From IMG/VR virus record IMGVR_UViG_3300045988_130119, positions 21,023-85,022 of that record: DNA of 64,000 nt; one strand, written 5' to 3'. The notes under the pieces were generated by a model, which was not told the origin of the DNA, ran no database searches, and worked only from the letters and a program-made list of their open reading frames with translations. This document shows, in pieces, positions 19,679 to 28,612 of the stretch. Within the stretch, counting starts at the first letter, position 1. Every line of letters begins with the position of its first letter. The position numbers and the translations under genes are program-made. The DNA is from a virus.

Positions 19679-20632
19679 TTACTGTGCAAATGGATTGTAT
19701 GTAGTCTGTGGAGCAGGTGTAGGTGCTTTTTGGAATCCTTCTGCTGTCTGAGTATTTGTAGATACACCAGATTTAATTTCTGCTAATTTTGCTTTTCTTT
19801 TTGCTTTCAGTGCATTTACAACATCGTCTGTAAGTTCATGTTCATAAATAGTAGAAACCGCAACTCCAGATCTAATTTCATTTTTACGAATTGTTGTTTT
19901 TACTTTTTTAACAATGTCTGTACCAAAAGCAGCTTTTTCTCTTACTTCCTGAATATCAACTGTATTAATAAGAACTCCTGCCATTTTTGTAAAACATCCA
20001 TCGTAATAACCGGCTCCTCTAAATGCTTCTGCCATTGACTTATCAACAATCATTTTGATTGGGATAATTGAATCAGCTTCGTATTTCGCATCTTTTCCAA
20101 ATCCATCAGCTCTCTGTCCAATTGCATTCATTCTAACAACTAAATTTCCAGTAGGAACATCTTTTACAATCTCATCTGTGATTGTATCTACAATTCCTTC
20201 TACTTCAAATTTAGCTTCAAGAACTGTGCTTTCATAATCTTTAGGATCAATTTTATTAATAAATCTAGCTGAGATTCTATTTGTAGATACTACATTTCCA
20301 TCACTTCCTTTAAAGTCGTTATCTCTAAAACTACCATCTGTAATAGAAACAATATCTGGATTTTCACCTTCTGAGCAATGCTCAATATCTTTTAAATTAT
20401 TCATTGCATCTACACATTCTTTATAGAAGTAACTTTCTTCTGATGTGAAATTTTTATTTTCGTCTTTTTTAAACTTATAAGCAAAGAAATTAATTTCATG
20501 CTCACTTGAATCAGCAGTTCTCAGAATAAGACTTCCTCCGATTGCATCATCTCCACTTTTTGTTTTGAATTCTTCAATATTGTTTTTTACAAGTTTTCCC
20601 GTAACAGTTACTAAGTTTTTGAGTTCTTTCAT
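19679..20632 (-). CDS. hypothetical protein, possibly ssDNA-binding/annealing partner of the ATPase
   Basis: ORF track; context only. Confidence 0.3.
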   Translation of the reverse strand: MKELKNLVTVTGKLVKNNIEEFKTKSGDDAIGGSLILRTADSSEHEINFFAYKFKKDENKNFTSEESYFYKECVDAMNNLKDIEHCSEGENPDIVSITDGSFRDNDFKGSDGNVVSTNRISARFINKIDPKDYESTVLEAKFEVEGIVDTITDEIVKDVPTGNLVVRMNAIGQRADGFGKDAKYEADSIIPIKMIVDKSMAEAFRGAGYYDGCFTKMAGVLINTVDIQEVREKAAFGTDIVKKVKTTIRKNEIRSGVAVSTIYEHELTDDVVNALKAKRKAKLAEIKSGVSTNTQTAEGFQKAPTPAPQTTYNPFAQ

Positions 20633-20844
20633 TAATTGTCCTCCTAAAATTAAAAATTTATTGTAAATATTGTTAATAAAACAATCTATCTAAACGCCCA
20701 AACGGACGGAACACAAAAATAAATTTATGTGAAAATCTATATGAAACAGCGATTTCATGGTGCAAGAAACCAAAGGTACGCTGTGTAACCTCTAAATGTT
20801 TATTCTCTATTCAATTTTGATTTAATTTGAAATTGTGGATTGAA

Positions 20845-21156
20845 TTAATCCTTGATTTGTTGAGAACAAGTTCTCATTTTATAAGCAAAATGTCTTTCTA
20901 TAAAATTATCGCAATCATAACTAAATATAGCACAAGACAAATGGTGATCGTCATATAACAATTCTTCTATTTTACGATTCGCTTGAATGCTATTCCCAGT
21001 CATTTGTTTTGAATTGAAACGTATTGCTTTTCCGTCATATTCTTCAAATGCATTACAATATGTATCCCAATCTTCTACTTCTATAATTCTTGATTGATGA
21101 TCATAAATTCTATTGTCATTATCGACAAGTAGGTTCGTTTCGATTACTTCTACCAT
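20845..21156 (-). CDS. hypothetical protein, paralog of 24363..24638
   Basis: Shared ETNL.D...DHQSR...DW..YC.A...YDG..I.F.SK...IEEL.YD.HHL blocks. Confidence 0.4.
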   Translation of the reverse strand: MVEVIETNLLVDNDNRIYDHQSRIIEVEDWDTYCNAFEEYDGKAIRFNSKQMTGNSIQANRKIEELLYDDHHLSCAIFSYDCDNFIERHFAYKMRTCSQQIKD

Positions 21157-21165
21157 TTTTACCTC

Positions 21166-21390
21166 TCAAACTTTAGCTCTTTCATTCTTATCAGTTGGTG
21201 CTTTGTCCGATTTAAAGTTGAAGAACTTCTTTTTATACTTATATTCTCTTTTGTAATCATGAAATTCTGCACGTAATTCATTATACGCATCTTCAAGTTT
21301 CTTCTTTTGATCTTCGGTTTCTACAATCTCATTCTGTACATAATAGGTAATTGAGTTATCTGAACTTCGTAATCTTTTCTTTATTGTCAC
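21166..21390 (-). CDS. hypothetical lysine-rich protein
   Basis: ORF track. Confidence 0.3.
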   Translation of the reverse strand: MTIKKRLRSSDNSITYYVQNEIVETEDQKKKLEDAYNELRAEFHDYKREYKYKKKFFNFKSDKAPTDKNERAKV

Positions 21391-21393
21391 AAT

Positions 21394-21570
21394 TTGTGCA
21401 ATATCTGCTAAAAAGAACTCTTCATTTTTTCTAATAGAGGAATGTCTATATCATATTCTCCAATTATCTCATCAGAAATTACTTTATCTGTTTCTTTCAG
21501 GTAAGTTCCACAAAACAAACTAGTCGCATATTCCCCAGCAACTTTTCTTTGACGAAATATACTCTTTACT
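21394..21570 (-). CDS. small hypothetical protein (58 aa, below ORF-track cutoff)
   Basis: Manual translation MAEKVKSIFRQRKVAGEY...; fills coding gap. Confidence 0.3.
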
Positions 21571-21589
21571 TTTTCTGCCATTCTTACAC

Positions 21590-22009
21590 CTACTTCTTCT
21601 CTGTAATTGTAACTGGAACAATAGATTCTGGAATATAATTAACTTCATATTTATAATTGTTAACTTTTGCTCCACCAAGATCTTCGATTACATACATCGT
21701 ATCTCTATTCAAACCAATGATGTGTCTTTTATATGTTCCATCTTCCATTTCAACTACGAGAGTAACTTGACTTTTTGAAGAATCCTCTCTGCTAAATGCT
21801 CCAATCATTTCGAATTCTACTTTATCAGTTCTTGTATTAATTACTGCAAATCTTCTTAATACATTGAAGTTTTCAGCTTCTTGCTTCATATTGTGAGTGA
21901 CTTTTTCTGATTCTGTGCCACACCCTGTCATACAAAAACATATTGACAACCCAAGAGCAATCGCTGCAATTTTCTTTTTCAAAAATCTCACCACCTTGTC
22001 ATTCTCCAA
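21590..22009 (-). CDS. lipoprotein
   Basis: Signal peptide with lipobox LSICFCMTGC. Confidence 0.5.
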   Translation of the reverse strand: MENDKVVRFLKKKIAAIALGLSICFCMTGCGTESEKVTHNMKQEAENFNVLRRFAVINTRTDKVEFEMIGAFSREDSSKSQVTLVVEMEDGTYKRHIIGLNRDTMYVIEDLGGAKVNNYKYEVNYIPESIVPVTITEKK

Positions 22010-22307
22010 TCAGAATCCACAATCTTCTCTTCTTACTTGCTTTTAGATTATCTATAAAATCAAGCTTATCCAAACTTATCATAAGATTTGGTTTGTTGCG
22101 CCGGATCTCACTGATTGATGGATAAATACCTAATTCTACAAGAATCTTTGGAAGAAATCTCTCTTCTGTATAATAAGTTTTCTCCTCTTCTAATCTTGCC
22201 CAATCATCTTCGTTTGAAGCAAACATATTTTTCGGATCTACCATTGGAGTTCCTATTACTATATTCTCTATATAAGCCATATTCTCGCCCCAGACTTTAA
22301 TATTCAA
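21999..22307 (-). CDS. hypothetical protein
   Basis: ORF track. Confidence 0.35.
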   Translation of the reverse strand: MNIKVWGENMAYIENIVIGTPMVDPKNMFASNEDDWARLEEEKTYYTEERFLPKILVELGIYPSISEIRRNKPNLMISLDKLDFIDNLKASKKRRLWILIGE

Positions 22308-22698
22308 TATTTAATAAAAATTCTTCTAAAGTAACAGAATCCTCATTATATTCCGATCCATCTTCTTTTTTAAACCACTCTTTACCATCAACATGAACAT
22401 TAATCATAACTTTTACATTCTGTAAATTTGCATTTAGAATATTTTTATAGGTGACAGTTAAAAGATCTACACCTTTTTCGTCAAATGTAATTTCGTCACA
22501 ACGTACATTTAATAAATTATCATCTATAAAATCTACATATGGAGAGCAATTATCATAGTCTAAAATATCTTCTAATTTTCCTTCCAATTCTTCACCATAT
22601 TCTTCAAGCTCATCTTCGTCATTAATATCAACGATTTCAATTTCTATTAATAACTCTGCTTCTGTGTTATTTTTTAATTCAATACCTTTAAATTTCAT
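22297..22698 (-). CDS. hypothetical acidic protein
   Basis: ORF track. Confidence 0.35.
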   Translation of the reverse strand: MKFKGIELKNNTEAELLIEIEIVDINDEDELEEYGEELEGKLEDILDYDNCSPYVDFIDDNLLNVRCDEITFDEKGVDLLTVTYKNILNANLQNVKVMINVHVDGKEWFKKEDGSEYNEDSVTLEEFLLNIEY

Positions 22699-22735
22699 GC
22701 GTTACCTCTTTAATTTTTTATTATGAAATCTATGT

Positions 22736-22990
22736 TTACTCTACAATCATCCAATCTTCTGCAAGCATATCTGCCTGACTTGCAAGCCATCCCATCTGTA
22801 CTCCTGATGTTCCGACAAATGCAATAGCCATGTTTCCGATAGCATCATGTTCGCAGTTTACAATTTCTCCATCTGCTGTCTTGTAAGAAATACCAGTAGC
22901 AAGCTGAATGTACTGCTTCTTACCATTCCAACCTTTACGAGCTACCTTCTTACCTTCTTTTAATACTTCAATAGCTTTACCAAAATTCAT
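22736..22990 (-). CDS. DUF2829-family protein (Tad2-like candidate anti-Thoeris sponge)
   Basis: MNFGKAIEVLKEGKKVARKGWNGK...GWLASQADMLAEDWMIVE matches DUF2829 N- and C-terminal signatures. Confidence 0.5.
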   Translation of the reverse strand: MNFGKAIEVLKEGKKVARKGWNGKKQYIQLATGISYKTADGEIVNCEHDAIGNMAIAFVGTSGVQMGWLASQADMLAEDWMIVE

Positions 22991-23003
22991 ATTTTATCTC
23001 CCT

Positions 23004-23333
23004 TTATTTGTTTTTTGAATTGGCTGTTGTTTTAATCTTCTGAACAGATTTCATAAGCTGAAGATTGTCGTTAAGAATTAATGCCATTGCCTGATCTTCT
23101 GAGAATCCTATTTCCACATATGCATCATACATATTTCTTTTATTCTCTGCGACTACTTTGTAATAGTCATCATATTTTACAAAGTCCTTCATGGCTTTAA
23201 CTAATTCATCGAATGCCATATATACAGTTGGTTTATATTTTTTAATATACCCTTTAATAATATCGTCAAGTGAAGTGTCTTCTGATTCTCCTGAAAGCAT
23301 TTCTTCAAGCATCATTTTTGTCATTGCGTCCAT
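23004..23333 (-). CDS. hypothetical protein
   Basis: ORF track. Confidence 0.35.
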   Translation of the reverse strand: MDAMTKMMLEEMLSGESEDTSLDDIIKGYIKKYKPTVYMAFDELVKAMKDFVKYDDYYKVVAENKRNMYDAYVEIGFSEDQAMALILNDNLQLMKSVQKIKTTANSKNK

Positions 23334-23448
23334 ATTGTTTATTCTCCTTATTTTTTATCTTTGTTATTCTTCTTTTACATTGCAGTTTCTAATATTCAGT
23401 TTTGTAAATACACTGTATAACCTGTTGGCACTTTCTCACCCAAAGCTT

Positions 23449-23739
23449 CTATTTATATGGCAATGTTTCTAACCACTGATTGATGCTTTCTATATCCATT
23501 TCTTCTGTTGTAGTTGCGTTTGGGTAATAAAATGTAATACTATCTCTCCCTAATCCCTCGTCAAGTAACTGCTTTAACACAGACAGTGTATTCTCTACGC
23601 CAAGGTGATAGGCTCGTTTCTGATCTTCATTATTAAATGATTTGTCTATACTTTCATTAGCTGAATCAATAACTGCTTTAACTTCATTTGGAATATTACA
23701 TCCCCAAAATTGTACATCGTCTTCAAATTCTGCAAACAT
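23449..23739 (-). CDS. hypothetical protein
   Basis: ORF track; palindromic motif about 80 nt upstream. Confidence 0.35.
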   Translation of the reverse strand: MFAEFEDDVQFWGCNIPNEVKAVIDSANESIDKSFNNEDQKRAYHLGVENTLSVLKQLLDEGLGRDSITFYYPNATTTEEMDIESINQWLETLPYK

Positions 23740-23841
23740 AAATTTTCTCCTACCTAATTATTCTCTATTTGATTTTGATTTAATTGGAAGTTCTGAACCG
23801 ATTTGGTTCTAATTAAGATGTTTAATGAAACTTTGTTTTCA

Positions 23842-24096
23842 TTAATACAAATTATTACTTAATTCCCACAAGATCTCTTTTGTTCTGTCAATTTCTTCTT
23901 CTAAACCAGCAATTTTATCTAACTCAACATACGCATCATCTACCGAATCTTTTATCTGATTTAGAACATTGTATACAACTTCTGTATATACATATGGTTT
24001 CCAGTAGTCATATCTTGTATCATTTGAGATGTCTCTGACTGTTTCTGTATTTCTTTTAATCTTTTCTCTATAGTTTGTGTTTATCATCATACCCAT
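23842..24096 (-). CDS. hypothetical protein
   Basis: ORF track. Confidence 0.35.
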   Translation of the reverse strand: MGMMINTNYREKIKRNTETVRDISNDTRYDYWKPYVYTEVVYNVLNQIKDSVDDAYVELDKIAGLEEEIDRTKEILWELSNNLY

Positions 24097-24102
24097 CTCC
24101 TT

Positions 24103-24363
24103 TTATTTAATATAAATTTCATGACAATCTACACAATAACTTAATGTTAAAGGGTCTATTTCTTCATAACCACTTGTTTTTCCATGCGAATAGAACACTG
24201 TTGTTGGGTCAAATATTACATGAATTTCTTTATCACACATATCCAAGCCTTTTACGTAGTATCCTTGAACCCATTCACCAGTAAATGTTCTTGCCTTACA
24301 TAAATGCGTATCCATTTTTGTCCTATCTCCTATCATCCAAGTCCGAATGAACTTTATTTCCAT
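24103..24363 (-). CDS. zinc-finger protein
   Basis: C...C...CVDCH. Confidence 0.35.
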   Translation of the reverse strand: MEIKFIRTWMIGDRTKMDTHLCKARTFTGEWVQGYYVKGLDMCDKEIHVIFDPTTVFYSHGKTSGYEEIDPLTLSYCVDCHEIYIK

Positions 24364-24638
24364 TAACTAATTTTGTATGCAAGTCTCGTATCCGTAAAAT
24401 ACTTAGTGACTATTCTGCAACGCAAATGATGCTCATCATACTCCAATTCTTCAATCTTAACATTTGATCGAATCGTTGCACCAGGATTCTTTGATGGAAA
24501 TGTTATTCTTGTGCCATCATAATTCTTATATGCTTCGCAATAACTTTCCCAATCATCTGCAAGAACCACTCTTGATTGATGATCTGTAATATCTTTATTC
24601 TCATCAATAGCAAGATTTGTTTCGGTAATTTCTATCAT
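24363..24638 (-). CDS. hypothetical protein, paralog of 20845..21156
   Basis: see 20845..21156. Confidence 0.4.
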   Translation of the reverse strand: MIEITETNLAIDENKDITDHQSRVVLADDWESYCEAYKNYDGTRITFPSKNPGATIRSNVKIEELEYDEHHLRCRIVTKYFTDTRLAYKIS

Positions 24639-24659
24639 TAACTTATCCTCATATCGAAA

Positions 24660-24896
24660 TTAATCTAAAATAGCTTTTGCAATCGTAAGTGCAACGTTCA
24701 TAATTACTTTTGCAGCAATCGGAGCAAACACTAAACATTTGATAATTGTCCATCCAATCATGCTGCCTGTAAGTGTCCCTGCATCATACGCAGCACATGC
24801 AACAACAATCGGTTTAATAAATAGTAACCAACCACCAACGTAAATGCCAAGTATAATGCCAATGATTATAGTAATCCAAAATAACATATCTTTCAT
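24660..24896 (-). CDS. small membrane protein (2-3 TM)
   Basis: hydrophobic throughout. Confidence 0.35.
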   Translation of the reverse strand: MKDMLFWITIIIGIILGIYVGGWLLFIKPIVVACAAYDAGTLTGSMIGWTIIKCLVFAPIAAKVIMNVALTIAKAILD

Positions 24897-25189
24897 TTAC
24901 TTATTTCCTTTCCGCTATACAAACCAATTTGTTTCATCTTCTTTAGGAATAATTTCATCTCATAACCTGTAAGCCCAACACATGTATTCCCAATTCCTTT
25001 TTTATCCATTAAGTTTGGGTCATAAGATTGCAAAATATGTCTTCCAGAAGTTTTTCTACCAATAAATACAGTTTGAGTATATTTGTATTTGTTATCTTTT
25101 CGTCTGTACTCAACACCACTTCTATTTTCTTCAACTTTTTCAAATCCAATATCAGCTAATTTTTCATCTACTGTTTTAAAAAATTTCAT
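24893..25189 (-). CDS. hypothetical protein
   Basis: ORF track. Confidence 0.35.
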   Translation of the reverse strand: MKFFKTVDEKLADIGFEKVEENRSGVEYRRKDNKYKYTQTVFIGRKTSGRHILQSYDPNLMDKKGIGNTCVGLTGYEMKLFLKKMKQIGLYSGKEISK

Positions 25190-25198
25190 AAATACCTC

Positions 25199-25966
25199 CT
25201 ACACAATTCTTAAAATCTGTTCATACAGACAAGAATCCTTTTCATTAATGTTTCTGTTTATATGCATATGTCCAAAAATATGTTCGTCATATTCTACAGT
25301 TCTTTTTATTTCTTCCAAATAGTCTGTAAGAATATCTGCACCATAAGAAGTATTTATTACTTCCAATTCAGAAGTTGAAGGACTATGAGTAATAATAAAA
25401 TCTACTTCATTATTATTCTCTTTCAGTTTTTTAATCCCATATTGCATCTCTTCAATAGTTGGAAGTTCTTCTTCCCACCATGTAAGTCCCTTAATTCTGT
25501 ACATGAATTTTCCATTCATTTCTAACTCATGTTCTTTTATTCGTAAATCTGGATCTTTGTAATCAATGATTCCATCACTAATATCGTGCGAACTTGCTCC
25601 ACCAAAAGCAAAGAATTTTTTATTTTCAATAGTAAACACTTCTCCACGCATTAAATGTAATACATTCTCACGAATCTCATGTACTTTCCCACCATGCCAT
25701 TCTTTAACTGGATAAGTATCAATTCTTTCAAAATTATCATGATTCCCATCGACAAATACAGTTGTAAATGGCTTGTCCTGTAACCAATTTAGCCAATATT
25801 TTTCTTCTTTACTTTCCTCGCCTCTGTTCCAGACAAGACCAAAATCTCCACAAATAATCACAACATTTTTATCTTTATTGCCGGAAAAATCCTTTTGTTC
25901 AAAAAAGATATCAGTGCCAAATCTTGTTGGACACCCATGTATATCTCCTGTGACATATACGCTCAT
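25199..25966 (-). CDS. calcineurin-like metallophosphoesterase (PPP-type phosphatase)
   Basis: GDIHG, ICGDFG, DGNHDN, GHMH motifs in canonical order. Confidence 0.7.
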   Translation of the reverse strand: MSVYVTGDIHGCPTRFGTDIFFEQKDFSGNKDKNVVIICGDFGLVWNRGEESKEEKYWLNWLQDKPFTTVFVDGNHDNFERIDTYPVKEWHGGKVHEIRENVLHLMRGEVFTIENKKFFAFGGASSHDISDGIIDYKDPDLRIKEHELEMNGKFMYRIKGLTWWEEELPTIEEMQYGIKKLKENNNEVDFIITHSPSTSELEVINTSYGADILTDYLEEIKRTVEYDEHIFGHMHINRNINEKDSCLYEQILRIV

Positions 25967-26007
25967 GTTATTCTCCTTTCATAATTCTATGTAAATCTTT
26001 TTATAAA

Positions 26008-26262
26008 TCACTTATTCCACTTAACAGCTTTCTTCTCTCTGGCTTTCTTTGCTTTTTCTTCCTTTTCTGTTTCGATACGATTATCTAATTTTGCAAATAC
26101 AGAAGTCATATTGGCATAATGCAACTTATTTGATTTATTTTTTTCGTCACGTTTTTTACATTCATCTCTATATTCTTTAGTTCCTTCTGTATAAGGATTT
26201 TTCTTGTAAGAATATGTCTTTCCTGCTTCTCTTCTTTTCTGCATTTTTTCTTCTCTCTTCAT
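26008..26262 (-). CDS. lysine/arginine-rich hypothetical protein
   Basis: ORF track. Confidence 0.3.
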   Translation of the reverse strand: MKREEKMQKRREAGKTYSYKKNPYTEGTKEYRDECKKRDEKNKSNKLHYANMTSVFAKLDNRIETEKEEKAKKAREKKAVKWNK

Positions 26263-26352
26263 GTGCTCATTCTCCTTATAATTACATTTATTACACTTTA
26301 CTACTGAATTTATAAGCCCTCATTTGAAAGTGTGAAAGTCAGCCCAGGCTGA

Positions 26353-26422
26353 TAAGTTATACGCGAATCGAACGTGTTTCTTCCTATTTATATAGGATAT
26401 TCTACCAATGAACTAATAACTT
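26353..26422 (-). tRNA. tRNA-like gene with non-canonical anticodon arm (6-bp stem TCCTAT/ATAGGA, 4-nt loop)
   Basis: Perfect 7-bp acceptor AAGTTAT/ATAACTT, D-arm GTTC-ATTGGTA-GAAT, T-arm ACACG-TTCGATT-CGCGT; no 5-bp/7-nt anticodon arm. Confidence 0.45.
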
Positions 26423-26472
26423 ACTAACACGTTTTGTGAAAGAAAGAAGGTGCAATTATTTTCTGCGTCAAG

Positions 26473-26556
26473 TTGACTGTACAGGACTCGAACCTGTGCC
26501 TCTCCATATGTGCGCTTTTCATATGTACGCTCTCCCAATTGTTGAGCTAACAGTCA
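26473..26556 (-). tRNA. tRNA-like gene, 84 nt, anticodon position occupied by CATATG stem with 9-nt loop AAAAGCGCA
   Basis: Perfect acceptor TGACTGT/ACAGTCA, U8A9, D-arm GCTC-AACAATTGGGA-GAGC, T-arm ACAGG-TTCGAGT-CCTGT; exhaustive search finds no canonical anticodon arm. Confidence 0.45.
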
Positions 26557-26700
26557 AACCAGTATGATAAAGAATTCTCTGTTGTTGAATTGTGTACTTT
26601 AATTCAGCAAATGCAAGCGTTGGAGCTTATGTTTATTTTTCTTTTACAACTTCTTGCATAAATCTCTATTTTTGCTCAAGAAATAGTTCTTTCAGAGAAA

Positions 26701-26757
26701 GGATGGATGGTGGATTCGAACCACCTTTATAAGATTCATTATCTTGAAGGTGCATCC
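26701..26757 (-). tRNA. tRNA 3'-half fragment (T-arm plus acceptor strand), 5' half degenerate
   Basis: GGTGG-TTCGAAT-CCACC followed by ATCCATC; only about 33 nt of poorly pairing sequence upstream. Confidence 0.3.
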
Positions 26758-26851
26758 TCTTAATAACTTCACTTACAACCACAGCGTTCCTATTCATACT
26801 AGAATTTGTCATGCACAACAAAATTCGTTCCGTTGCTGTCATCCACCAAAA

Positions 26852-26936
26852 CACGGACTCTCGGAGTTGAACCGAGTTTAAACCTTGTTATGGCTTACGA
26901 TTTAATCGTAGCTCTTACCAGTTGAGCTAAGTCCGT
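26852..26936 (-). tRNA. tRNA-like gene, 85 nt, extra 13-nt hairpin (ACGAT-TAA-ATCGT) inserted between D-arm and anticodon arm; putative anticodon AAC
   Basis: Perfect acceptor ACGGACT/AGTCCGT, D-arm GCTC-AACTGGTAA-GAGC, anticodon-like arm AAGCC-ATAACAA-GGTTT, T-arm CTCGG-TTCAACT-CCGAG. Confidence 0.45.
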
Positions 26937-27088
26937 AAATATCTATACAAACTACTTTCACTCGTATGAGTATATTAGTTATGGTAATATATTCTCTCAC
27001 CGACAGCTACCTCTGTTTTTCATCTGTATAGAAAAGCTACTAATGATATTAAGCATCCATAACATCTTAACTGACCACTTTCACTGAA

Positions 27089-27159
27089 CTAGGGATAGGA
27101 GAATCGGACTCCTATTCTGAGAATCAAAATCTCATGTGTTACCATTACACTAATCCCCA
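27089..27159 (-). tRNA. tRNA-Gln (anticodon TTG)
   Basis: Canonical cloverleaf: acceptor TGGGGAT/ATCCCTA, D-arm GTGT-AATGGTA-ACAC, anticodon arm TGAGA-TTTTGAT-TCTCA, T-arm AGGAG-TCCGATT-CTCCT; 71 nt, no encoded CCA. Confidence 0.75.
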
Positions 27160-27437
27160 TTGGATTTCCACAATGACCTTTCATAACATTGTGGCAATTT
27201 GAGCGATTTCCATTTCTGTTTCATAAGAATTTTTCAGCATTTCATTCTTTACTTACTTTTTTCACTCAAAAACATATATCTTTTCAGTTTATGAGCTATC
27301 TTATAACGGTACTATGTCTAGGTCTACTCCAGAATCTTGTACTTCGATTCCTTTTATTTTACGTTCATTTAAGGCTTTTGTTCCAATTCTAATTATTGCT
27401 CACCATACAGGCTGAACGACAGGTTTTTACTTATAAG

Positions 27438-27508
27438 CTAGGCTGTCCAGATTCGAACTGGATCTGCAAGAGTCAAATTCTTGTTTGCTACCATTACAAC
27501 ACAGCCCA
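27438..27508 (-). tRNA. tRNA with TTG anticodon (Gln-like, second copy)
   Basis: Acceptor TGGGCTG/CAGCCTA, D-arm TTGT-AATGGTA-GCAA, anticodon arm CAAGA-ATTTGAC-TCTTG, T-arm TCCAG-TTCGAAT-CTGGA; 71 nt. Confidence 0.7.
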
Positions 27509-27892
27509 TTATTGCAACTTTTATTAGGCAAGTTGCCAACCTTATATAATTAATTCACCATTTGCCAGCTTCGCAGACAACTTACAGCCAAGTACAATCA
27601 TACTGAAAACTGTTAATCGAAGATTTTGTAAAACTTTATATCTTTACTATTTACTATTTAAACTTTACACAAAACATAAACTTTGAACTTTGAGCTTTAC
27701 TACTTGAGATTTAAGCTTTACTCTTTACAGTCATAATTTGCATTATAATAAGTAGAAAGACTTACTTTTTATGTTTTATTTATACTCAAGTTTCTTTATT
27801 GTTTTGATTCAGACTATACTTGCAAAAGTCTGAATGATTGTAGTTTTAAGTTTTCAGCAAACAGTGAAATAATTTTCTATTTATATATTCTC
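27509..27892. repeat. repeat-rich non-coding region (iteron-like direct repeats and inverted repeats)
   Basis: TTTACTATTTACTATTTA, repeated CTTTAC/CTTTGA units, IRs GCAACTT...AAGTTGC and TCAGACT...AGTCTGA. Confidence 0.4.
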
Positions 27893-28537
27893 CTAATACT
27901 CTACAGAAATTTCTGTAATTGCATTGCTAACACTCAACGCAGCATCTACTTCTGTTTTGAAATTTGAGATATATTCTTCTAACCCATCAATCTTCTTCTT
28001 AATATCAAGTGGATCAACCAGGTCATAAGAATTAGCTGTAATGAAATCTTTCTTGGCTTTATCGAAATCAGCAGTATTTTGTTTTCCCTCTTTTGAACCA
28101 TACATATCTATCACAAACTTATCTGCTCTTTCACTCAAGCTTTCGCCATTTTCTGTTGAAATAATTCTATTAGCGTCTGCGTACTGACATCTCATTTCTT
28201 GAAGAAGCATTTCCTCAAATTCAATACCATGATTCTTCATCTCAATAGCTTCTGCTACAGTATATTCTCTGTCTGCAATTGCAACGATTGTCTTGGCATT
28301 GGAAAGAACAACTGCTCTCTTGATTGCATTTCTTCTTTTAATAAGGTCTGAAGCCTTGTCATAGCTTCCAATCATTAGCTTTTTAGCATCTTCAACCGGA
28401 ATACCATTAATTTTTTCATTTGAATGTTTATTTGCCACACAGAACTGAGCATCGTCAATTGCTCTTTCAATTCTGGAATCAATAATCTTTAACTCTGCTA
28501 ATGCTTTGTGAACACTCATTTTTTCAACTGTACTCAT
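27893..28537 (-). CDS. hypothetical protein
   Basis: ORF track. Confidence 0.4.
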   Translation of the reverse strand: MSTVEKMSVHKALAELKIIDSRIERAIDDAQFCVANKHSNEKINGIPVEDAKKLMIGSYDKASDLIKRRNAIKRAVVLSNAKTIVAIADREYTVAEAIEMKNHGIEFEEMLLQEMRCQYADANRIISTENGESLSERADKFVIDMYGSKEGKQNTADFDKAKKDFITANSYDLVDPLDIKKKIDGLEEYISNFKTEVDAALSVSNAITEISVEY

Positions 28538-28612
28538 AATTTTCTCTCCTTTAATCTTTGAATTTTTAAACTTTATATTTATATATTCTCCACTACATAG
28601 TGGGTAAAATCA

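Noticed and set aside
26701-26757. Calling 26701..26757 as a complete tRNA
   Set aside because: Only about 57 nt are available between a weakly pairing 5' strand and the 3' acceptor strand. No D-arm or standard anticodon arm can be formed, so it is kept as a fragment.
26666-26854. Plus-strand ORF 26666..26854 and ORF 27189..27392 in the tRNA region
   Set aside because: They overlap tRNA and tRNA-like genes or non-coding repeat sequence. There is no SD or coding signal.
27296-27360. Possible plus-strand tRNA suggested by TTCGATT at 27344-27350
   Set aside because: Flanking sequence cannot form a T-stem or acceptor stem in either orientation.
27509-27892. CRISPR array
   Set aside because: Repeats are short (6-8 bp), irregularly spaced and not separated by unique spacers of uniform length. 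No cas genes are present.
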